Assembly: GCA_043228905.1 (NCBI GenBank)
Contig: JBHGNT010001429.1
Coordinates: 1-8,599 of the forward strand
Reading direction: 5' to 3'
From: Azolla caroliniana
Taxonomy: Eukaryota > Plantae > Polypodiophyta
DNA length: 8,599 nt
Shown: positions 1 through 7,470 of the stretch, piece after piece
Numbering within the stretch: position 1 is the stretch's first letter
How the letters are laid out: the number at the start of each line of letters is the position of its first letter
Program-made: the position numbers and the translations under genes
Notes under the pieces: model-generated
Databases searched by the model: none
Told to the model about the DNA's origin: nothing
What the model saw: only the letters and a program-made list of their open reading frames with translations

Positions 1-814
1 AAGAAAAATCAACCCCCCTTAAAAAGGTTAAGACAATTAAACGCGTCGAAATATGTCAAACACCAACCTTGACAAGAAAACCTAGGAATCTTATGAAAAT
101 GATGACTCTTAGTTGGACAAAAAAGGGGTTAATAGACAATGATTGACTAATCACCGAGCCTAAAAAATAGCTTGAACTTTGGTTTCCCTAATATTCACTT
201 ATGTGTGGGTGTATCCACATAGTATACATGCCTTTGCATTAGTATTTGTCCTTAAGCTTCAAGAAGGGTTTCTCCCATAGAACATATTCTATAAGTTTCT
301 TTATTAAAAAAATGTGTCACATTTTCGACTGTGAAGTTTTCTAACCAATATTGTTTTAAGATTCAAGACAATGTATTAGAATTGGAATTTCTAATAACAA
401 AAGCTAGCAAGTTACACCCAATGTAATCAACTTTCTCGATAAGAGAACATAGGCTAATGGTAACGAGGAATTGTAAGGTTAAATGACTTAGGATGTATGC
501 GCACAAGAATATCCCAGAACAATCCACAGATTGATGTTGAATCATGCATGAGATTGTGTGAGACGATATGGTTTAATGCCCCTTGGTGTCTCGCCCACAC
601 TGACCCCTTGCCCATATATGGCACAACAAAGAGGCCCCCATTCTCTCTCGTTTGCATTCACATTCTCACTTATCTTACAGCCCCATTCCGCTACATTGTT
701 ATTCGCCAAAACTTAACGTTAAACTCTATCTCATTGTCTACAACCGCAACACTGTTAAACTCGACGGCGGAGCTCGGCGAGTTTCTTGCCGTGTTTTAAA
801 CGCCATAGAGCTAT

Positions 815-1085
815 GTAAGTAACTAATACATACTCATAGAAAATGGAGGAAGGAGCTTTCTATTGTGTTATTATTATTATTATTGAAGGCTGAAGCCATG
901 GAAACCTCTCTGTAACACAGCGCCTGAACTTTAATTAAGATGATACTGAAAAGACACAATTCTTTTGCGTTTGCTGCCAAGATCAGTGGATCGCAATTGC
1001 GTTTCTCTATGGCCTCAGCTCATTTGCTATTTTGCGTCAATTTGTTTCCTCTTTTCGTTTTCACTCTTTAACTTTCTTTTTACAG
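815..1085 (+). other. Putative 5'-UTR intron of the PPR gene
   Basis: Consensus donor GTAAGT at 815-820; pyrimidine-rich tract at about 1040-1081 ending in TACAG (1081-1085); AT-rich interior. Confidence 0.5.
868..884. repeat. Short (TTA)5 microsatellite
   Basis: Five TTA units plus TT, read directly. Confidence 0.8.
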
Positions 1086-1115
1086 ACAGCCCTCCTGTAC
1101 ACACAGCTCTTGCAA

Positions 1116-1210
1116 ATGGAAACTCTGTGTTGCATGCAAAGTGTATCACAAGTCTTCTCTCCAAGTTTGGATATGGAAATGCCAAAATACAAACACAGAT
1201 ATTTGAAACT
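1116..1210 (+). CDS. Putative upstream coding exon of the PPR gene (METLCCMQSVSQVFSPSLDMEMPKYKHRYLK-L), candidate N-terminal targeting segment
   Basis: Follows a long pyrimidine tract and TACAG acceptor (AG 1084-1085). ATG 1116 is in the same frame as the PPR ORF. Donor-like GTTAGT at 1211 (phase 2) is followed by T-rich sequence. Phase-compatible acceptors end at 1393 and 1435. No transcript evidence. Confidence 0.45.
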
Positions 1211-1463
1211 GTTAGTTTTTCTTTGCATAAATATGTATATTTGGGAGAAAAATGATTTGTTTGCACATTGTTTTTGTACGCATTTATGCGTATGTATCTA
1301 GATTCATGCATATTTTCATTCTCCATTGCAATATATGCATGGGCAATTAGTTTTATAATGTGTCCACTATAGATGGATGCTTTTTTATTACAGAGATGAT
1401 TTGTTTCAATATGCTAATACACTGTGATTGTTAAGTGTGTTGGAGTGCAATAACAAGGTTACA

Positions 1464-4028
1464 ATGCATGTTGCTATGCATACTTTGGATTCTTCTCTGG
1501 AGCAAAAGCTTTTGTTTTCGAGGGGATCTATTTGTAAACATATACAAGATTGCACCAAAAAGAAATGCCTTCTAATGGGTAGACAAATTTATTCCATTGT
1601 ATTTATGCATGGGCTTGATTCAGATTCTTTTATTATGGATCACATCATCCGCATGTTTACTGCATGTGGAAGCCTTGTTGATGCTAGTGAAGCATTTTAC
1701 CAAGTATTAAATCCGAGCATTTTTACTTGGAATGCACTCATAAGTGCACACTTAAATCTTGGAGACTATGAACAAACTCTCCTCTTGTTTTGCAAAATGC
1801 AGGAGAAAGATGAGATTGTTCCTGATAAGGTCTCATATTTGTCTGCGATAAAGTATTGTGTCTTTGTAGGATGTGTAAAGAATAGTAGAGTTCTACATAG
1901 AGAAATTATTCGAGCTGGAGTTTTGGTGGATGTAGTCATGGGAAGCTCGATCATTGACATGTATTGTAAATGTGGGAGTGTAGTGGATGCCCGAAAGGTT
2001 TTCGATGATTTGTCAGATCGAAATGAGGTGTCATGGAATGTAATAATTGCAGGATATGCCGAGCATGGGGACTTAACTCTTGCTTTGGAGTTATTCTATG
2101 AAATGCAAGAGAAAGGGATGAGCACAACCAAAGTATCACTATTGTATGTCTTAAGAGCATGTGGCAATATGGAAAATTTTGGCCAAGGTTTACTAGTACA
2201 TGGTCTCCTTATTGAAAGTGGTCTTGAATCTGATGTAGTGGTAGGGAGCTCTGTAATGGACATGTATGCTAAATGCGGAGAGCTGGAAGAAGCACAGAAT
2301 ATATTTGACGGATTACCAAACCAAGATATAATATCGTATTGTATTATGACTACAGGCTATGCACGACACGGCCATGGACATCTTGCCTTGGGTCTTTTCA
2401 CAAAAATGATTGGACTAGGAATGAAACCAGATAAAGCCACAATGTCATCCATGTTAAAGGCATGCGGATGTGTGGGTGCGATCCTTGAGGGTAGACATGT
2501 GCATGACCTCATATTAAGAGGAGGGTTCGAATTAGATTTAGTTGTTGGTAGTTCCATGATTGATATGTATGCCAAATTAGGCAGCATGGATGAGGCATAC
2601 GAGGTGTTTAATACTTTGCCCCAAAAAAATATGGTTTCGTGGGGTGCAATCCTGACAGGATATGTGCAGCATGGTGATGTTGGAATGGCTCTCCGGCTTC
2701 TTTCAAGAATGCATCAAGAAGGTCTAAAGCCTAGTAAACCCATGTTTTTGTGCATTTTAAGTTCTTGTAGCAGCATGGAATCTATTGAACACGGTCGACA
2801 AGTGCATGCACACATTGCTGAATCGGAATTTAGTCTAGATATGGCTGTCCTAAGTGCATTGATTGATATGTATGCAAAATGTGGGAGTTTGGAAGATGCA
2901 TATCGGCTGTTTGAAGGATTACAAAGTCGTGACTCAGTGTCATGGGGAGCAATGATATTGGGATATGCCCAGCATGATAAAGTGCATTCTGTCTTTGGCT
3001 TGTTCAACAAAATGCTGCAGGATGGTATTGAGCCAAGTACAGTCACATTCTCATCTGTCTTAAAAGCATGTGGAAACAAGAATGTGATCAAAGCTCTCAG
3101 GATGGTTCATTGTCATATCATCCAAAATGGGTGTGAACAAAATATGATTACTGGAAGCACACTAATAGATACTTATATAAAATGTGAAGAAGTCGAAGAT
3201 GCATGTCATGTCTTTGAATGCTTAACTAATAGAGATGTGGTATCATGGGGTGCAATGATAACAGGGTATGCCCTGCATGGGCATGATGTCAATGCATTTG
3301 AGCTGTTTAGGAGGATGCAACAAGAGGGCATTGAGCCAAATGGTATTACCATACTGTACATATTGAAGTCTTGTGGTGCCACTGGATCCATTGAGCAAGG
3401 GCGATTGGTACATCATCAGTTCGCAAGCACTGGACTTCCAATGGATGTTGTAGTTGGGAGCACTCTTATTGAAATGTATGCAAACTGTGGGAGCCTCGAT
3501 GAAGCACGTAATATCTTTGATTACATGCCCAATAAAAATATAGTCTCATGGGGCACATTGATAGCAGGGTATGCTTCGTATGGGAACTTGGATCAAGTCC
3601 AGTGTTGCCTTGATGAAATGCAACAGCATGGTGCCAAACCTGTTGATGCAATGTTCACTAGTATCCTTGCAGCATGCAGCCATTCTGGACAACTAAATAA
3701 AGGTTGTGAACATTTTCGGGCGATGCTTGAAACCTATGATATCATGCCAAAAGCTGAGCACTTCAACTGCATGGTTGATAATTTTGCACGAAGAGGTCAC
3801 TTAAATGAAGCAGCAGACCTTTTGCAAACTATGCCCACACCTCCAGATCCTATTGTTTGGACATCGTTACTGAATTCTAGCAAGGTTTATGGAAGTATGA
3901 GCATAGGAAGACATTGTTTCAATGAAGTGTTTCCTATGGACTTGGAAATGTCTGACATATACCTTGCATCAGGTATGCACAAGGATAGAGGACCGGTTGC
4001 TACACCTGAAAGTGAGCAGCAAAAGTAA
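1464..4028 (+). CDS. PLS-class pentatricopeptide repeat protein (E1 plus truncated E2, no DYW); organellar RNA-editing specificity-factor family
   Basis: Frame is open from 1428 (TTG, directly after in-frame TGA 1425-1427); first ATG at 1464 gives 854 aa; stop TAA 4026-4028. Repeating P (VSWxAxIxGY), L (LKACG...GRxVH) and S (GSxLIDMYAKCGSLxxA) motifs end in P2-L2-S2 (FTSILAACSHSG; EHFNCMVDNFARRG) and E1 (IVWTSLL). The true 5' end is uncertain and may be spliced (see findings). Confidence 0.95.
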   Translation: MHVAMHTLDSSLEQKLLFSRGSICKHIQDCTKKKCLLMGRQIYSIVFMHGLDSDSFIMDHIIRMFTACGSLVDASEAFYQVLNPSIFTWNALISAHLNLGDYEQTLLLFCKMQEKDEIVPDKVSYLSAIKYCVFVGCVKNSRVLHREIIRAGVLVDVVMGSSIIDMYCKCGSVVDARKVFDDLSDRNEVSWNVIIAGYAEHGDLTLALELFYEMQEKGMSTTKVSLLYVLRACGNMENFGQGLLVHGLLIESGLESDVVVGSSVMDMYAKCGELEEAQNIFDGLPNQDIISYCIMTTGYARHGHGHLALGLFTKMIGLGMKPDKATMSSMLKACGCVGAILEGRHVHDLILRGGFELDLVVGSSMIDMYAKLGSMDEAYEVFNTLPQKNMVSWGAILTGYVQHGDVGMALRLLSRMHQEGLKPSKPMFLCILSSCSSMESIEHGRQVHAHIAESEFSLDMAVLSALIDMYAKCGSLEDAYRLFEGLQSRDSVSWGAMILGYAQHDKVHSVFGLFNKMLQDGIEPSTVTFSSVLKACGNKNVIKALRMVHCHIIQNGCEQNMITGSTLIDTYIKCEEVEDACHVFECLTNRDVVSWGAMITGYALHGHDVNAFELFRRMQQEGIEPNGITILYILKSCGATGSIEQGRLVHHQFASTGLPMDVVVGSTLIEMYANCGSLDEARNIFDYMPNKNIVSWGTLIAGYASYGNLDQVQCCLDEMQQHGAKPVDAMFTSILAACSHSGQLNKGCEHFRAMLETYDIMPKAEHFNCMVDNFARRGHLNEAADLLQTMPTPPDPIVWTSLLNSSKVYGSMSIGRHCFNEVFPMDLEMSDIYLASGMHKDRGPVATPESEQQK
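1521..3848 (+). repeat. Array of 23 PPR motifs: L-S, 6x(P-L-S), P2-L2-S2; about 303-nt (101-aa) period
   Basis: Manual parsing of the translation. Motif lengths are 35/35/31 aa per triplet (first P is 36 aa), L2 36 aa and S2 32 aa; these lengths add up exactly with the flanks to the 866-aa ORF. Confidence 0.9.
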
Positions 4029-4620
4029 AGAACTCTTAGACCAACCTCAACCTGATTACTCAGACCATAGTCCTTATCCCCCATGATGATGACTTAATAT
4101 ATGATGAGATATATCTTGAATGGAGCAACTCCATGGAATGTTACCATTATGACTCAACTAAATTCTAAGACCATAGCATCATACTATCAAACTAATGAGG
4201 GATCCGAATCTAAAATTTTCAAATTAGCCCCAAGAAAGATATGCTTAAATGCATTTGACGAGAAGAATTATTTCAGGTTTTGGCAGGAATGCAAACAGAA
4301 GACACCTGGTTATCATAATTCAGTTGACCTTAAGAAAAGACTATATGGGAATGATCGCAAAATGTAAGAGAAACAAAACAATTCTTGCAATGTTGAAAAT
4401 TTTGAATCATCCAAAATTGATTACCAGTGGGCACAGACAGTTAGGCACGTGGAGACATATCAGTGTTAATGTCTAAGATATAATAACATTGAAGTTATGA
4501 GATGCATAAAACTAATTATAATTTATTAGGCAAGAGGTGAAGAGAATCACACAAGGTATGTACATCTTATAGCCAAAGGGATTCAGTGGTGGGGGATTTT
4601 GGGCTTTATAGATTTCATGT

Positions 4621-4640
4621 TAAAAAGAACTAAAAAGAAC
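4621..4640. repeat. Perfect 10-nt tandem duplication (TAAAAAGAAC)x2
   Basis: Read directly; lies between the two stop codons. Confidence 0.8.
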
Positions 4641-4826
4641 ATCAGCATTCCAGTCAGAGGGGCAGGAATGGAAAATGGAAGCCGCGCTCTTTGGTAGCAG
4701 ATATGGAATGGGAAGAAATAAATTGGAAATTAGGTAGTCATAAGATAAATTAAGTGAAACTTAAGGTATATTATTGCCATGCATGAAGTTCATTCACTCT
4801 GCAAATAACTACAATGTACATGCACT

Positions 4827-4924
4827 TCAAACTTTTGCTTCTTGTGACACACGACCCAATGGATGGAGCTTCAAAGATAAAGAGTTTGAAACAACAATAA
4901 TAGAACTCATCGCCATCATTGCAC
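4827..4924 (-). CDS. PAA2: PAA2/HMA8 terminal coding exon (G-AMMAMSSIIVVSNSLSLKLHPLGRVSQEAKV-stop)
   Basis: Not in the ORF track. Acceptor TTTTCTTTTACAG (AG 4926-4925); phase matches the previous exon (G+GT = Gly); MxxSS Cu-binding motif and VVSNSL in the last TM helix; stop TGA 4829-4827. Confidence 0.92.
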
Positions 4925-4939
4925 CTGTAAAAGAAAAAT

Positions 4940-4942
<3 letters not shown>

Positions 4943-4974
<32 letters not shown>
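4943..4974. repeat. (TC)16 microsatellite
   Basis: Perfect TC run counted directly. Confidence 0.97.
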
Positions 4975-4977
<3 letters not shown>

Positions 4978-4979
<2 letters not shown>

Positions 4980-5880
4980 TCACTTATGGTAAAACTATGG
5001 CAAAACTATCTAGATGTCTAATGGAATCAAAGATAAGTGTGGGGAAAAGAACACGGTTACGGCTTAAAGACAAGCTGCCTTTTGACAACATAACACCCTT
5101 CAAGTATTTCTTCGAAAAATGTTGCTTGAGAGGTAGGGGTTTATATTGTTACTTCATAGAATTCAAGAAAGCTTTTGATATAGTACACCACGAGCATCTT
5201 TGGAGGTGCATGGAAGAACTCAAGGTAGCAAAAGAATATATGCTTGCAATTTCTTGAATTTGTGAGAAGGTTTATGTCATGTACATATAGGCAATGGAAT
5301 TGATGACCACTCTCACCAACTCTATTTGGTTTATGCATTGATAAATTAGAACAAATGGTTGTCAAGTTAATAAAGGAAAAAGGTATCGAGGAAGTTGCCA
5401 TTAGGAGTATAGTCACCATGCTTTTGTGGTGCTTTTTGCAAATAATTTAGCAGATGCAAAAAGCTTATGAAGGCATTGGAAGAGTTTTGCATGCATATGA
5501 AGATGAGTGTCAATAGCACTAAAATGAAGATTATGCTTGTGATGAGCCAAAATAAGGATAAACCAGACATTTTGTATGTCAATGAGCTACTTGAAATTGT
5601 GTGGAATTGAAGTTCCTTCATATCATAGGTGGAATGAATGTGCTACCCGCCACTCAGAGGAAGGAAAGAGACCATACCATGCATTTGAGAACATATGCAA
5701 TAGTGGAGAAATTAAATGTTGGATTCTCAAGAATTACCTTTTTCACCATTCAAAAACATGTCTTACATCTTGAGATGGGATCACTTCCCATGAGATTATA
5801 GCTATGGAAATGGTTGTTGGGTACCTTGTTTTAAGGTTCACACCCACTCATTGACAGATTAAAATTGTATGGGAATCACA
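4978..5880 (+). mobile_element. Degenerate non-LINE-intact non-LTR retrotransposon (LINE, RTE-like) reverse-transcriptase fragment in the last PAA2 intron, antisense to the host
   Basis: Pieces in shifting frames occur in RT order: MAKL..MESKIS, RQAAF* (QAGFR-like), LYCYFIEFKKAFDIV..LW, *PLSPTLFGLCIDKLE, VVLFANNLADA.KLMKALEEFC..MSVNSTKMKIM, GIEVPSYHRWNEC, EMGSLP-EIIAME. Many stops, frameshifts and deletions. Ends are approximate and the clade is uncertain. Confidence 0.85.
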
Positions 5881-6550
5881 CTTCATACAAAATTCCACCT
5901 TCGATAAAATTCAACTATGCTTTTCACAAATCTTTGAACCAACCCAATCCTTAAACGCATTTATCTCATAGTCATAGTGTGTACTCTCAATTGGAACATT
6001 CATTTAGTAATGTTGGTGAAGATCAAGAGTCACTACTCATTTTCACATGTACTACATGAAAACACTAATTTTTTTGTCTTGTAGGTCATATTTGACCTTC
6101 AAAGCTGATAATAAAATATATCTCTCACATATAAGATGATATGTTTATTCAGTCCCATAGGTCAAATTTGGCCTCTGCATGGACAATAAAACATCCATTC
6201 TCTCGTTCTAATTACATTTATTTTGATTTCGTTGTTCTCAAAGACAAGACAACATTTTAAGAATATTTTGTTTGGTATTCTCGGCAATTTTGGCCTAGTA
6301 AAAGATATTGATATACCTTTCTTTCTTTCCAGGTTTTTGAAGATGTTAAAGGTAACATTTATTTCTCTCCACATTCGGGCCATGCCCCTATTGGAGAGCA
6401 AGTGTTTATTAACCCATGCACTTAAACCGGTTTGAATTCCACTGATTGGACTACATCGCTAGAAGGTTTCAGTAGGAAGCAAAGGTTCAAATGACATTTT
6501 AACCATGCATTAGCTTAAAATAGAAGAAAAGGAAAAGATCTTAAACACAC

Positions 6551-6701
6551 CTGCAATAGAAGGAGACATTGAGAATCCATAGTTTGGTAATAGAACACCA
6601 GCAGCCAAAGGAATGGCAATTGCATTGTATGTCAGAGCCCACCCTAGATTTTGTTTAACTTTTTGAATAGTGGCCCGTGATAACTCAATTGCCTCTACCA
6701 C
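6551..6701 (-). CDS. PAA2: PAA2/HMA8 exon with penultimate transmembrane helix (VVEAIELSRATIQKVKQNLGWALTYNAIAIPLAAGVLLPNYGFSMSPSIA)
   Basis: Acceptor TACAG (AG 6703-6702), 151 nt, ends phase 1 at GCAG/GTGTGT (GT 6550-6549). Carries the YN motif of Cu(+) P1B-1 ATPases. Confidence 0.93.
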
Positions 6702-6779
6702 CTGTACAAAATTCAGAGAAAAAATGGTTGTCTCAGTGCAACTTTAATAATGTAAGACAATCACATTAGGATGGTGCAA

Positions 6780-6912
6780 ACATTTGACATTTAGAGTAGA
6801 TGGGCAGCTCTACATATTAAGTGAGAATGGTTATTTATATCCCAGATCACATTCGACAGTTTGAGCAGATGGGCAGCTATACATCTTAATTGAGAACAGT
6901 TATTGATATCCC
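6780..6912. repeat. Two-copy direct repeat, 64-nt unit (6780-6843 and 6849-6912), 69-nt period
   Basis: Ungapped manual alignment gives 54/64 identical positions, sharing the core AGATGGGCAGCT and the end ATATCCC. Confidence 0.9.
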
Positions 6913-7184
6913 TAAGCATGCCTTGGCTCATTTTGTAAGTTCATTCAAATATTTAGTGGTTTAACTGTCTTGCATATCTGAGAAGCCATGTCTGGAACCT
7001 AATATCATTCTTTAAGAAGCTGTTTAATGTTGTTTGATATGGAATATAGTTTCCTTCCCTGCAAGAAGTCAGTTAAGTACCACAACAAAGTAGCATTTTT
7101 TTTAAACCATTGGAATATACCATGCCACAGTACCCCAGTGATCCAATTACATAAGAAAAGGATTGATAACTAAGAATGACTAAC

Positions 7185-7316
7185 CTGAGATAGAGTATTG
7201 CCGAGAAGAATTGCAGACGCTGCATCTGAAGCAGCATCTTCACTCTTTTGCATCTTCAAAGCCATGCCCACATCAGCTGCTGCAAGGGCCGGTGCATCAT
7301 TCACGCCATCTCCAAC
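7185..7316 (-). CDS. PAA2: PAA2/HMA8 exon with hinge motif (VGDGVNDAPALAAADVGMALKMQKSEDAASDAASAILLGNTLSQ)
   Basis: Not in the ORF track. Acceptor ATAG (AG 7318-7317), 132 nt = 44 codons, donor CAG/GTTAGT at 7184. GDGxNDxP P-type ATPase hinge. The LKMQKSEDAAS segment resembles Arabidopsis PAA2 rather than PAA1 (recalled, not aligned). Confidence 0.93.
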
Positions 7317-7470
7317 CTATATTGATAGTTACAAGCCAAACAATCACGAACTGTATCAGTTATTATCCTCAGGTTACAGATGGTATGCTTTTATAAAGAA
7401 TAATTCTACACACGAAACATGCACAGAACTTGAGGTGATCAGGAATCAGAATTGATGATTTATAATCTTA

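Noticed and set aside
11-140. Loose repeats near the window start (AAAAAGGTTAAGACAAT versus AAAAAAGGGGTTAATAGACAAT; AACCCC/GGGGTT)
   Set aside because: Too short and gapped to define a transposon end or repeat unit.
363-799. ORFs 363..545, 454..657 and 497..799 as genes
   Set aside because: Short, mutually overlapping and motif-free; consistent with promoter/leader sequence.
1425-1427. TGA repaired to CGA by U-to-C editing
   Set aside because: That editing is established for organellar transcripts; this is a nuclear locus with spliceosomal introns.
1428-4028. PPR gene nested inside a PAA2 intron
   Set aside because: The PAA2 terminal exon and stop lie at 4924-4827, so the PPR gene is downstream and convergent, not nested.
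1766-4084. Several - strand ORFs over the PPR gene (e.g. 2714..3091) and short off-frame ORFs
   Set aside because: Antisense shadows of the repetitive PPR coding frame; no recognisable motifs.
4090-4640. Possible second LINE (L1-like) relic or DYW remnant between the genes (ILNGATPW; HKV..PK..GG-like pieces)
   Set aside because: Similarity is faint, the pieces are not in the expected order and no HxE/CxxC motif is visible. A BLASTX/HMM search would be needed.
6162-6435. Overlapping ORFs 6162..6401 (-) and 6223..6435 (+)
   Set aside because: Non-ATG starts, AT-rich composition, no recognisable domain; intronic.
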